A DNA stretch of 64,000 bases from an uncultured Bacillota bacterium (GTDB lineage Bacteria > Bacillota > Clostridia > Christensenellales > UBA1242), in NCBI GenBank assembly GCA_948465545.1, contig CAOJXO010000003.1:18936-82935 (forward strand), given 5' to 3'. Positions 17,402 to 27,211 of the stretch are shown in pieces. Under the pieces are notes generated by a model. The model had not been told where the DNA came from and did not search any database. It saw only the letters and a program-made list of their open reading frames with translations. Position numbers and translations under genes: made by a program. Numbering within the stretch: the first letter of the stretch is position 1; each line of letters opens with the position of its first letter.

Positions 17402-18337
17402 ATCACAAATGAGGAAAATACCAAGTACACTTGAAATAGGATAAAGGTAGGAAACAATTCTGCCAAAACCTACAGAACTTAAAAAAAGTGGCACTGCAAC
17501 ACTCAAAATATTTGCGACATGCTTTTTCTTAATCAGCCCTCTCAAAGAATTAGACAAGGCAAATATAAGTGAAAACAAAGTCGTCAGACAGCCAAATAAA
17601 ATTACAATTTGCATAATGACCTTTTGCCACCCTTCAAATAAGGAGATTAATGGCATATCCTCGATATAACATTGCGGATTCTTAATCAAAATAATGTTGG
17701 TCATAAGCAAAATCACACTAAGCACGAGTGCACTACAAAAACTCACTCGTGCTTTTTGCTTCTTAGACAATCCCCGTCCCATATGTGCAAGCACCACCCC
17801 CGAGTTGGAGGTGTTAAGAACAACATACATTATAGTATAATATGCACTTGCAAAAGAAAAACTGGAAGAGGAAAAAATAAATTCCCCATTACCAAAAATT
17901 AAAATCTCCCCTATAAATAAAACGAAGATCATAATAGGCACTAATATAAGGTTCGCCTTTTCCAGCGAGCCTAGCCCATTACGAACAATATAAAAGCACA
18001 CCCCTATTATAATAACCATAATAATAAAGCAGATAACATTTCCACCAGAAGAAAGAAGGTCATAAGAACCTGCAAACATAGCAGAAGAAAGAATAATACA
18101 AATAAGAACATTTAAAACATTTGAAAATTTAGACTTTTTTAACTTGTCAACAGCCTTGTCGCCATACCCCAGCATAAACTGAAAAAGTCCCCAAAATAAG
18201 AAAAATGCAATAAAAATGCATGGAAAAGAAATCCACCCAAATCGCGAAAAGAAAACAACAATTTCTTTTCCACTTAAAAATCCAGAGCCAATAACAGTGC
18301 CAACTGTGACAAGAAAGGTTAAAAATGACTTTTTCAT
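17333..18337 (-). CDS. YkvI-family membrane protein
   Basis: 334 aa polytopic protein. The N-terminus GTVIGSGFLSGKEIVVFF is typical of the YkvI family. Its 3' end overlaps the convergent permease gene by 69 nt. Confidence 0.55.
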   Translation of the reverse strand: MKKSFLTFLVTVGTVIGSGFLSGKEIVVFFSRFGWISFPCIFIAFFLFWGLFQFMLGYGDKAVDKLKKSKFSNVLNVLICIILSSAMFAGSYDLLSSGGNVICFIIMVIIIGVCFYIVRNGLGSLEKANLILVPIMIFVLFIGEILIFGNGEFIFSSSSFSFASAYYTIMYVVLNTSNSGVVLAHMGRGLSKKQKARVSFCSALVLSVILLMTNIILIKNPQCYIEDMPLISLFEGWQKVIMQIVILFGCLTTLFSLIFALSNSLRGLIKKKHVANILSVAVPLFLSSVGFGRIVSYLYPISSVLGIFLICDLFLLSFFKQTYKSIHSARKHTK

Positions 18338-18388
18338 TAATATAATCTATTAAAATAAAATCTCGAAAATACGTAAAAGGAGGCATTT

Positions 18389-18667
18389 ATGTTTGACTGT
18401 AATTACGAACCAGGAAAATATGTAGATCTTCACAACTGTTGCAACCCTTGTGGATGGCCACCAAAATTTCTACCACACTGTGATAACTGCTGGCAAAACC
18501 CTTGCTTTGACCTACCAAACAATCCATGGCAAATGCCATGTGGCTGTAATCCATTCCCACAACCACCCTGCAAAGCCCCACAAAACTGTGGCAGTTTCAC
18601 TTTTTCAATCCCATATAGTGCAATATATTTCCTAGCAGGCATGATGCTATCTAGAAACTGCTGTTAA
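18389..18667 (+). CDS. Cys/Pro-rich small protein with a hydrophobic C-terminal segment
   Basis: 92 aa with 13 Cys and many Pro/Asn. AAAGGAGG RBS, with a terminator immediately downstream. Confidence 0.55.
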   Translation: MFDCNYEPGKYVDLHNCCNPCGWPPKFLPHCDNCWQNPCFDLPNNPWQMPCGCNPFPQPPCKAPQNCGSFTFSIPYSAIYFLAGMMLSRNCC

Positions 18668-18675
18668 ACAAAAAA

Positions 18676-18693
18676 AGACGGAAACTTCCGTCT
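18676..18693. terminator. bidirectional terminator hairpin agacggaa-ac-ttccgtct
   Basis: Perfect 8-bp stem flanked by A7 and T6 runs, between convergent genes. Confidence 0.75.
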
Positions 18694-18696
18694 TTT

Positions 18697-20460
18697 TTAT
18701 AAACTTTTATACTCTTTAATATATTCGTTTAAAAGTGAGAATGCTTTGTCATAGGTTGCTTCATCTTCAAGGTCACAACCTGCATCTTTTAAAATTTCAT
18801 TAGGTGTTTTGCTTCCACCTGCTGAAAGATAGGTCTTATATTTTTCAAGTACCCCCTCTTCACCAGCAAGTATTCTACTAGAAAAGTTTAAAGCACAAAT
18901 CATACCAATCGCATACTTGTAAACATAGAACCCCATAAAGAAGTGAGGAATTCTTGCCCATTCATATTTCAGTTCTGGTAAAAGACTTAACTTTGGCATA
19001 TACTTCTTGCCAAGAGCGAAATAGTAATTACACAACTTATCTTTATCAAGTGTGCCACCGTTTTCAATTTCATCAATGGCAAACTTCTCAAATTCAGAAA
19101 ACATCATTTGACGGAAGATAGTGGATTGTGCTCCCACAATTAAATTATCTAAAATATTAAGCCTTTCCTTTTTAGGCAATGTGTTTAAAAGATAATTTGA
19201 AAGTAGCATTTCATTTGTTGTGCTTGCAATCTCTGCAAGAAAGATTGGATAGTCTGCTTTTGCCTCAGGCTGAGTTTTGTTTGAATAATATGACTGCATT
19301 GCGTGCCCAAGTTCATGAGCGACAGTTGATACTGAGTCAAGGTTATCAACATAGTTTATTAAAACAAGAGGTGAATAGCCATAAATTGCACTTTCATAAG
19401 CCCCAGAGCGTTTGTTCTTGCTAGGAAAACAATCAATACGCCTTTCTTTGAAAGTGTTGTCAAGTTCCTTAACATAATCATCACCAAGAACAGCAAGAGC
19501 CTTTTTAATAATATCAAATCCCTCTTCAAAAGTATATTTCTTTGCTACCGCCTTGCCTACTGGCACAAAAAGGTCATAATTATGAAGGGTTTTCACACCC
19601 AATTTTTTCTTTCTAATTGAAAAGAATTGATTGATAAGCGGTATATTTTCATTTACTTTTTTAGTAAGCGTATCATAAATCTTTCGACTTACATCTTCGC
19701 CGTCAAGGTAACTTTGAATAGTGCTGTCATACTTTGCCACCTTAGCACTATACACCTCTTTCTTGACTTCGCAGATATAGTTCTCAGAAAGGAAATCAAT
19801 AAACTGTCCGTAAGCCTTTAATGTGTTAAGCGAAGAACTTTTTCTAAGCACAGGGTCTTTGCTTTCCATATACTTAGAGCGTGTTGAGTCATTCAACTCA
19901 TACTTTTTGCCCTTGCTGTCAACCGCATCTTCATATTTAAGTCCAACATTGCTAAACAGTTCAAAAATATCATCAAAGTTGTCAAAATCTATTCCCGCTA
20001 AAAGACGTGCATCATTTTCAGACAATGCGTGTTTCTTGTGCTTTTTAACCTGCTTAAAATAGTAGTCGTAATCCTTAAATTTAGGGTCAGCAATAAGTTC
20101 ATCTAAATACTTATCTGAAAACTTAGACATCTCTGGATGAATATAACTCATAGCCTGACTATATTTAGTTGAAAAATTGCCACACCTTTTTAACTTTTCT
20201 TGCACTGATGTATCTGACATATCCACATTTGTCATATTGTGATAGAAAAAGTATAAAGGTGAAAAAAGGTTTTCTATTTTTCTTTCAAACTCAAAAAGTT
20301 CCCATAACACCTTTTTGTCTTTAAGTTTTCCTTTAAACTTTTCGCACTGCGGAAGCATCTTTTCTGCCTCAGCAAATTTCTTTTCAAACTCTGCATCGTT
20401 TTTACAAATAAAAGATAAATCCCATTTGTATTTATCTTCAATTTGGTTTCTAGTTTTCAT
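18697..20460 (-). CDS. pepF: oligoendopeptidase F (M3B)
   Basis: 587 aa with the HELGHAMQS zinc motif and a typical PepF N-terminus (KYKWDLS). Confidence 0.9.
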   Translation of the reverse strand: MKTRNQIEDKYKWDLSFICKNDAEFEKKFAEAEKMLPQCEKFKGKLKDKKVLWELFEFERKIENLFSPLYFFYHNMTNVDMSDTSVQEKLKRCGNFSTKYSQAMSYIHPEMSKFSDKYLDELIADPKFKDYDYYFKQVKKHKKHALSENDARLLAGIDFDNFDDIFELFSNVGLKYEDAVDSKGKKYELNDSTRSKYMESKDPVLRKSSSLNTLKAYGQFIDFLSENYICEVKKEVYSAKVAKYDSTIQSYLDGEDVSRKIYDTLTKKVNENIPLINQFFSIRKKKLGVKTLHNYDLFVPVGKAVAKKYTFEEGFDIIKKALAVLGDDYVKELDNTFKERRIDCFPSKNKRSGAYESAIYGYSPLVLINYVDNLDSVSTVAHELGHAMQSYYSNKTQPEAKADYPIFLAEIASTTNEMLLSNYLLNTLPKKERLNILDNLIVGAQSTIFRQMMFSEFEKFAIDEIENGGTLDKDKLCNYYFALGKKYMPKLSLLPELKYEWARIPHFFMGFYVYKYAIGMICALNFSSRILAGEEGVLEKYKTYLSAGGSKTPNEILKDAGCDLEDEATYDKAFSLLNEYIKEYKSL

Positions 20461-20469
20461 AACCTCTCC

Positions 20470-21168
20470 TTATCTAAGAAAATACTTATCCATGTAAAAT
20501 TTATTCCATGGCATAGCACTTGTATCAGGGCTTGCCACAAACACCATCTTTTGTTTGCTTACTGGGTGGATAAATTCAAGCCTGCCCGCCCAAAGCCCTA
20601 AGTTTTTGCTTGCACGGGTCTTGTCTTTTCCATATTTATTGTCACCAAGAAGCGGACAACCAATACCTGCAAATTGTACGCGAATCTGATGACTTCTGCC
20701 AGTCAAGATGTTAACCTCAACCAAACTTTCGGTGTCACTATTCTGTAACACTTTGTATGTTAATTCTGCCTTCTTAACCCCTTGCTCTGATTGAGGTACA
20801 ATTTTAACAATATTTTCTTTCTCATCTTTTTTAAGGTAGTTTACAAGACTGCCACTTTTAATTTGAGGCACTCCTTGGCATACAGCATAATAAGTCTTTT
20901 TCATCTCATGAGAAACAAGTTGTGCCGACAGCCTGCTTGCAGATTTAGAGTTTCTTGCGAAAACCATAATCCCCCCAGTAGGACGGTCAAGCCTGTGAAC
21001 AAGACCAATAAACGCCTCCCCTGGCTTGTTATATTTTTCTTTAACATAAGCCTTAACCATGCTGAGTAAATCCATATCCCCTGACTCATCTGCCTGCGAA
21101 GGGACATTCTGTGGCTTAACCACCACAATCACCTGATTATCTTCATATAAAACATTTAAATTTTCCAT
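20470..21168 (-). CDS. RluA-family pseudouridine synthase
   Basis: HRLDRPTGG catalytic motif plus GRSHQIRVQ. Confidence 0.85.
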   Translation of the reverse strand: MENLNVLYEDNQVIVVVKPQNVPSQADESGDMDLLSMVKAYVKEKYNKPGEAFIGLVHRLDRPTGGIMVFARNSKSASRLSAQLVSHEMKKTYYAVCQGVPQIKSGSLVNYLKKDEKENIVKIVPQSEQGVKKAELTYKVLQNSDTESLVEVNILTGRSHQIRVQFAGIGCPLLGDNKYGKDKTRASKNLGLWAGRLEFIHPVSKQKMVFVASPDTSAMPWNKFYMDKYFLR

Positions 21169-21180
21169 TATATCCTCTTT

Positions 21181-21828
21181 CTATTTTTTGGTTGCTTGAA
21201 ACACCATTAATCCAAAGGCATAAATTGTAGCATTATTATTTTCTGTAATTATTTGTTTGATATCAACTTCAAATCCAGCATCATTAAGCATCTTTTCTAC
21301 CTTGTCTGGGGTTAAATAGTTATAGTATATTTGTAATTTCTCATCAAACTCTTCCGCAAGTATCTGTTCCCCAGGCTCTTTAGGCACTTCCATTAAAATA
21401 CAAATTTTACCATTTTTATTTAGTATTGCATTAAAATTTTTTAAAGCCTTTTTCAAATCATCATCAGGAACATGAAATAATACATTCTTTATAAATATTC
21501 CGTCATATTTATCAGTTGTTTTATAAGTACAAAAATCTTTATTGATAAACCTAATTTTTGGATAGGCTTTATTTGCAATAGTAAGCATTTTTTCTGAAAA
21601 GTCTATTCCATCTGCAATCAACCCATTTTCTGAAAAGTAGTTTGTAAAAAGTCCATGTCCGCAACCTACATCCAAAACTTTTTTACCTTTCAAAGAACTA
21701 ATAAACTTATCTATAAAAGGTTTATAGTAATCAAACTCCGAACAATTTGCAACATATACATCTGCAATTGCGTCATAGTCTATCCTTACCATTTCTCTTT
21801 TTTGTTTATTAGTATACTTCATAATCAC
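21181..21828 (-). CDS. class I SAM-dependent methyltransferase
   Basis: VLDVGCGHG motif I. 215 aa. Confidence 0.75.
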   Translation of the reverse strand: MIMKYTNKQKREMVRIDYDAIADVYVANCSEFDYYKPFIDKFISSLKGKKVLDVGCGHGLFTNYFSENGLIADGIDFSEKMLTIANKAYPKIRFINKDFCTYKTTDKYDGIFIKNVLFHVPDDDLKKALKNFNAILNKNGKICILMEVPKEPGEQILAEEFDEKLQIYYNYLTPDKVEKMLNDAGFEVDIKQIITENNNATIYAFGLMVFQATKK

Positions 21829-21842
21829 TCCATTTAAATTTA

Positions 21843-22265
21843 TTAGCCATCAACTTGAATACATTTTGTGAGTTTTGCCCGAACTATTCCTTTTACAGTC
21901 CAGCCTTCTGGCAAACGCTCAGTTTCTTCAAAATGTTTAACTTCTTCAAAAAGTTTTCCTTTTCTTTCTATTGTTGCAATGGCATTAATTTTATATTGAA
22001 CACTATCGCCATAATATTCTTCATTAACTTTTGTCACATGAATAAAAATCTTGTTGTTTTCTTCAATATTTTTAATTGACTCAACCATTTGAACAATAGG
22101 AATAACAATTTCATTACAATCATATTTGCTAGGTTCTACAATCGTTGCATGCGGTTGACTATCTTTACCACAAGTAACAATATGGCAAACTCCTATCTTT
22201 TGTATATCATTTAATTGTTCTTGGGTTAAAATCCCCCCCCCAACTTTGCGTTTATTCTTTTCCAT
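21843..22265 (-). CDS. hypothetical protein, possibly PNPOx-like FMN-binding fold; contains a G9 tract at codons 9-11
   Basis: Start set at the ATG (MEKNKRKVGGG) preceded by a TAAGGAG RBS. The fold assignment is a weak, pattern-based guess. Confidence 0.4.
   Translation of the reverse strand: MEKNKRKVGGGILTQEQLNDIQKIGVCHIVTCGKDSQPHATIVEPSKYDCNEIVIPIVQMVESIKNIEENNKIFIHVTKVNEEYYGDSVQYKINAIATIERKGKLFEEVKHFEETERLPEGWTVKGIVRAKLTKCIQVDG
22233..22241 (-). repeat. homopolymer C9 (G9 on the coding strand) encoding Gly-Gly-Gly
   Basis: Counted directly: atccccccccc aac. Confidence 0.95.
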
Positions 22266-22276
22266 ATTCAATCTCC

Positions 22277-23122
22277 TTAAAAAACCTTTAACCCTCTTGC
22301 CCCGCATGGAAGCACTATATTTTCACTGGTAGGCAAGCCAACCTCGTCAGCATCAATTCCACCCTTGCCAAATATAAGGGTAAGGATATTTGCAAGCACG
22401 CTTGCTTGCAGTCCTGTGGTGTAAGAATTGATAAGCACAAAAAGTGGTTTATCTGACAACACTTTTTTAGTAAGCGTTACAAAGTCAAAAAGTTTATCTT
22501 CAAGTTTCCACATTTCGCCATTTGGCCCTCTTCCGTAACTTGGCGGGTCCATTATAATCGCATCGTATCTGTTACCCCTGCGAATCTCTCTTTCAATAAA
22601 CTTTTCACAATCGTCAACAATAAAACGAATGTTTGTAATGCCGTTTATCTTTGCGTTCTCTTTTGCACGTTCCACCATACCTTTGCTTGCATCAATATGG
22701 GTAACACTTGCACCAGCCTTAGCACAAGCAACTGATGCCCCACCAGTATAGGCAAAAAGGTTTAAAATTTTGATAGGTCTTTTGGCGTTTTTAATTAACT
22801 TCATCATCTCCGACCAGTTGACTGCCTGCTCTGGGAATAAGCCAGTATGTTTAAAGCCCATAGGTTTTATAATAAACTTTAATCCCTGCCAAGATATAGT
22901 CCACTCTGCTGGAATCTTATTGATATAATCCCAACGTCCACCACCAGTGCTTTCACGGAGGTAATGAGCGTCAAGTCCCTTCACTTTTGCCAAGTTTTTT
23001 TGTGCGTGCCAAATAACCTGAGGGTCAGGGCGAAGCAAGGTAACATTCCCCCACTTTTCAAGTTTTTCGCCGTCGCCAGTGGCAAGCACGGTATAATCAG
23101 TCCAAGTATCTGCGATTTTCAA
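22277..23122 (-). CDS. class I SAM-dependent (rRNA-type, RlmI/YwbD-like) methyltransferase
   Basis: 281 aa with ILNLFAYTGGASVA and IIMDPPSYGRG motifs, typical of the Methyltrans_SAM family. Confidence 0.7.
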   Translation of the reverse strand: MKIADTWTDYTVLATGDGEKLEKWGNVTLLRPDPQVIWHAQKNLAKVKGLDAHYLRESTGGGRWDYINKIPAEWTISWQGLKFIIKPMGFKHTGLFPEQAVNWSEMMKLIKNAKRPIKILNLFAYTGGASVACAKAGASVTHIDASKGMVERAKENAKINGITNIRFIVDDCEKFIEREIRRGNRYDAIIMDPPSYGRGPNGEMWKLEDKLFDFVTLTKKVLSDKPLFVLINSYTTGLQASVLANILTLIFGKGGIDADEVGLPTSENIVLPCGARGLKVF

Positions 23123-23160
23123 ATTTCACCTCTTAATAAATGTATTTTAGCAAGAATATG

Positions 23161-23182
23161 AAAAAAAGGCAACTAAGTTGCC
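23161..23182 (-). terminator. intrinsic terminator after ileS
   Basis: Minus strand reads ggcaac-tta-gttgcc followed by T7. Confidence 0.7.
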
Positions 23183-23196
23183 ATTTTTCTTTATCT

Positions 23197-26100
23197 TTAT
23201 CGTGAAATTTTAGAAATAAATATTTTAAGTGTTTTTCCATTAAATTCTAAGGCACAATCAAACTTTCCGTCGCTTCCCAAAGAAAAACTATCAGCAAGTA
23301 AGGTGCGTGAAATTGTTTCGCTGTTTTTAAGAAGCACACTTTCAATACTATGCTCTCCATTAAATTCCACTTTGATATGGTTTGTCACTTCAAGACCGCT
23401 GTCCTTTCTAAGGTTTTGAACCTTGCTTATAAACTCATTTACAAGTCCCTTATCAAGAAGGTCTTGTGTCAAAGTGGTATCAAGCACAACAGTAAGTTCG
23501 CCATCACTCACAGAAGAATAGCCATCTTTGTTTTTAAGGGTAATAAGAAGGTCTGCTTCAGTTAAAACAATTTCTTCTCCATTAACCGTAAATGTAAGAG
23601 GCTTACCATTTCTTACATCATTCACGGTGGCAACAGGGTCAACAGACGCAAGTTTCTCACGAATTGCACCTAAAAATTTACCATACTTAGGCCCAACCGT
23701 TTTAAGTTGAGGTTTGATTTCATAACTTACATATTCATCAGCATCATGCAAGATTTCAAGGCTCTCAACATTAAGTTCGTCTTTGATAAGGTCACATAAT
23801 TCGCCATCAAGAGTCAAATGCTTAGATGTACATATAATCACCTTTTCAAGTGGTTGACGATTCTTAACTCCACTGCCACTTCGGCAGGCTCTGCCAAGTT
23901 CAACCAGTTGCAATACCTTATTCATACCTTCATTAAGTGAAGTATCAATCATCTTTTCATCAGCCTTTGGATAGTTGCAGAAGTGTACGCTTTCTGGTGC
24001 GTTTACATCAAGACTGCGTACAAGGTTTTGATAGATTTGTTCTGATATAAAAGGCACAAAAGGGGCAACCAATTTTGATAAACCAACAAGCACCTCATAA
24101 AGGGTTTTGTATGCAGCACGCTTGTCATCAGTTTCTTCTTTACCCCAGAATCTTTCACGTGAGCGTCTTACATACCAGTTTGATAACTTATCAACAAAGG
24201 CAGTAATTTCACGTGCAGGCGATAAAATATCGTGTTTTTCAAGATATTTTTCGGTATTTTTGATTAAAGCATTAAATTCTGAAAGAAGCCACTTATCAAT
24301 AAAAGCAAGTTTGCAATCAGAAAGATTATATTTAGTTGGATTAATTTGGTCGATTTCAGCGTAGAGAACATAGAACGCATACACATTCCAAAGTGTACCC
24401 ATAAACTTACGTTGAAGGTCAAGAAGATTGTCCTCATTGAAAGACAGGCTTTGACCTGGATTGCAAGAATAATAGAAATACCAACGAAGGGCATCAGCAC
24501 CCTCTTTATTGAGGATTGCCCAAGGGTCAATACCATTGCCCTTTGACTTAGACATCTTCTGACCGAACTGGTCGTTAACAAGTCCAAGTGCAGTACAACT
24601 TTTATAAGGGGTTTTTCCGAACACAGCACTATTGACAGCCTGCAAAGAATAGAACCAACCACGTGTTTGGTCAATACCCTCACAAATGAAATCAGCAGGG
24701 AAAGACTTTTCAAACATCTCCTTGTTTTCAAATGGATAGTGATATTGTGCGAACGGCATAGACCCACTATCAAACCAGCAGTCCATAACCTCTGGCGTTC
24801 TTACCATTTTCTTACCACAATGAGGGCAAGGGAAAGTAATCTTATCAAGGGTTGGCTTGTGAAGGTCAAGTTCCCCTTTCACGCCTGAAAGTTTACGTAA
24901 CTCTTTTACACTTCCAACAACATGAATATGTCCGTCCTCACACTCCCAGAAAGGAAGCGGTGTACCCCAATAACGGGTACGTGAAATGCCCCAATCAATA
25001 TTGTTTGCAAGGAAGTTACCCATACGCCCGTCTTTAATGAATTCTGGCACCCAGTTTACGGAGGCGTTATTTTTAACAAGGGTATCCTTGATTGCAGTGG
25101 TCTTAATAAACCAAGTGTTCTTAGCGTAGTAAAGAAGTGGGCTGTTACATCTCCAACAGTGAGGATAAGAATGTTCGAATGGGTGAACCTTAAACATCTT
25201 GCCTTCTGATTTAAGTTTTTCAATGATAGGCTTGTCTGCCTCTTTAACAAAAAGTCCAGCAAATTCGGTACTCTCACTCATCTTGCCCGCTTCGTCAACA
25301 TATTGCAAGAAATCAAGTCCGTACTTCTTGCCAACATTGTAGTCGTCTTCACCAAAGGCTGGTGCAATATGAACGATACCAGTACCGTCCTCAGTGGTAA
25401 CATAATCATCAACAACAACAAAGTAGCCCTTCTTAACAGAATCCTTTGCATAGTCGAAAAGAGGCTCATACGCATGATACTCAAACTCTTTACCCTTTTT
25501 GGTGTAAATAGTCTTGTAACTACCCTCTTCAAAAAGAGTATGAATAAGTTTTGTAAGCATGATGTAGTTTTTGCCATTTGCTGAAATCTTTGAGTACTCC
25601 TCTTTCGGATTCATACAAATTGCAATGTTTGAAGGAAGAGTCCAAGGCGTAGTAGTCCAAACAAGGAAATATGTGTTTTCTTCCTGCTTACTTTTCATTT
25701 GAACGAACACGCTGTTTTCTTTTAAGACTTTATAGTTGTCGCCGTTTTCTACTTCCATTTTTGAAAGGCTTGTTCCGCAACGAGGGCAATAAGGAACAAT
25801 CTTGTGACCTTTATACACAAGACCCTTCTTATCCATTTCTTTAAGAGCCCAGAAAATACTTTCAATATAGTTGTTATCGTAAGTGATATAAGGATTGTCA
25901 AGGTCAAGCCAGTATCCAAGGCGGTCAGTCATATCCTCCCAAAGCCCCTTGTATTTCCACACCGACTCTTTGCAAAGAGTGATAAACTTTTCAATGCCGT
26001 ATTTTTCAATGTCCTGCTTGCCGTTAAGTCCAAGTTTCTTTTCAACCTCAACTTCAACAGGAAGCCCGTGAGTATCCCAGCCCGCCTTACGAGGCACAAA

Positions 26101-26334
26101 GTACCCCTTCATTGATTTGTATCGTGGGAAGATGTCTTTCATTGCTCTAGTGAGTGGGTGTCCCATGTGAGGCATACCATTCGCAGTCGGAGGCCCTTCA
26201 TAGAAAGAGAAAACCTTTCCGCTGTTTTCATTAAGGTGTAAGCCTTTTTTGATTATATCGTTCTTTTTCCAAAACTCTAAAACTTCTTTTTCATTTTTAA
26301 CGAAGTCAAGTTTGGTGTCTACTTTCTTATACAT
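23197..26334 (-). CDS. ileS: isoleucine--tRNA ligase (type 2 architecture)
   Basis: PPTANGMPHMGH (HIGH) and KMSKSKGN motifs, about 1045 aa. Start set at the ATG (MYKKVD) preceded by a GGAGA RBS. No T-box leader, because the upstream gene abuts. Confidence 0.93.
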   Translation of the reverse strand: MYKKVDTKLDFVKNEKEVLEFWKKNDIIKKGLHLNENSGKVFSFYEGPPTANGMPHMGHPLTRAMKDIFPRYKSMKGYFVPRKAGWDTHGLPVEVEVEKKLGLNGKQDIEKYGIEKFITLCKESVWKYKGLWEDMTDRLGYWLDLDNPYITYDNNYIESIFWALKEMDKKGLVYKGHKIVPYCPRCGTSLSKMEVENGDNYKVLKENSVFVQMKSKQEENTYFLVWTTTPWTLPSNIAICMNPKEEYSKISANGKNYIMLTKLIHTLFEEGSYKTIYTKKGKEFEYHAYEPLFDYAKDSVKKGYFVVVDDYVTTEDGTGIVHIAPAFGEDDYNVGKKYGLDFLQYVDEAGKMSESTEFAGLFVKEADKPIIEKLKSEGKMFKVHPFEHSYPHCWRCNSPLLYYAKNTWFIKTTAIKDTLVKNNASVNWVPEFIKDGRMGNFLANNIDWGISRTRYWGTPLPFWECEDGHIHVVGSVKELRKLSGVKGELDLHKPTLDKITFPCPHCGKKMVRTPEVMDCWFDSGSMPFAQYHYPFENKEMFEKSFPADFICEGIDQTRGWFYSLQAVNSAVFGKTPYKSCTALGLVNDQFGQKMSKSKGNGIDPWAILNKEGADALRWYFYYSCNPGQSLSFNEDNLLDLQRKFMGTLWNVYAFYVLYAEIDQINPTKYNLSDCKLAFIDKWLLSEFNALIKNTEKYLEKHDILSPAREITAFVDKLSNWYVRRSRERFWGKEETDDKRAAYKTLYEVLVGLSKLVAPFVPFISEQIYQNLVRSLDVNAPESVHFCNYPKADEKMIDTSLNEGMNKVLQLVELGRACRSGSGVKNRQPLEKVIICTSKHLTLDGELCDLIKDELNVESLEILHDADEYVSYEIKPQLKTVGPKYGKFLGAIREKLASVDPVATVNDVRNGKPLTFTVNGEEIVLTEADLLITLKNKDGYSSVSDGELTVVLDTTLTQDLLDKGLVNEFISKVQNLRKDSGLEVTNHIKVEFNGEHSIESVLLKNSETISRTLLADSFSLGSDGKFDCALEFNGKTLKIFISKISR

Positions 26335-26350
26335 TTTTATCTCCAATTAA

Positions 26351-27076
26351 TTAAGTGTACTGGTCTAAAATCTTATTCATCTCCATTGCGTCAGAGCCAG
26401 TGATGATGCCAAGAGGCATTTCCTTGCTACTTCCAGTTTTAGTGATGAGAATGGCAAGAAGTTTAGAATTTTGATGGAAAGCATCTAGTGCAGTTTCCAC
26501 CGTGATGTCAATAGGTGCAACATCATAATAATTGCTGTTTTCAATTCGAGAAAGCATGTCCTCTATTTTTACATTGTTTAAAAATATGTCAGCCTTTCCG
26601 CCAGCAAGCATATACTGCCCTAATGAGTCAAGTATTTTCTGCCCGTTTGCAATCCCGATAAGCCCATCTTTATTGTAAACAGGGATGTTTGAATATTTAG
26701 AGGTTGACATAAGCGTGATAACTTCATACATGGTTTTGTTTGCCTCAACCACAAGCACATCACGGCGGGCATAATCAAGTGCCCTTGGTGGAGCGGTAAT
26801 AAGTTTCTCAATTCGCTCAATGTCTTTAACAACATTGTCATGTGGCTCTGCAATAATAAACTCATCATTATTGTGTACGATTGCATTGCGAAGTCTGCCA
26901 TAGTCAATAAGGGCATCTTCATTTTTTCTTACAATATAGTTTAAACTAACCGTTTTACGTATTACATCAGAAAAGCCCATACTGCGACTGAAATTATAAC
27001 GGCTTTTAAGCGTATAGTCAATACTGTTGTATGCAGATATAAATCTTTGAGAGTTTGTCTTTTTAACCCCTGCCAT
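26351..27076 (-). CDS. CBS-pair protein with an N-terminal HEPN-like (RNxxxH) domain
   Basis: 241 aa. The N-terminal ~95 aa contain DYGRLRNAIVHNN. The C-terminal ~140 aa look like a tandem CBS pair (SNIPVYNKDGLIGIANG and LAILITKTGSSKEMPLGIITGSD). Confidence 0.55.
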   Translation of the reverse strand: MAGVKKTNSQRFISAYNSIDYTLKSRYNFSRSMGFSDVIRKTVSLNYIVRKNEDALIDYGRLRNAIVHNNDEFIIAEPHDNVVKDIERIEKLITAPPRALDYARRDVLVVEANKTMYEVITLMSTSKYSNIPVYNKDGLIGIANGQKILDSLGQYMLAGGKADIFLNNVKIEDMLSRIENSNYYDVAPIDITVETALDAFHQNSKLLAILITKTGSSKEMPLGIITGSDAMEMNKILDQYT

Positions 27077-27176
27077 TTCGTTCTCCTTTGAGATATTTTA
27101 CAACAAAATAACGAAAAAACAAAAAGAAATAAAGAAAATAACAAAATAAATAAAAATGAGTGCATAATGCACCCAC

Positions 27177-27202
27177 CAAAAAACGCAGAATAAACTTCTG
27201 CG
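27177..27202 (-). terminator. terminator after the SRP RNA
   Basis: Minus strand reads acgcagaa-gttta-ttctgcgt followed by T6. Confidence 0.7.
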
Positions 27203-27211
27203 TTGTAATTT

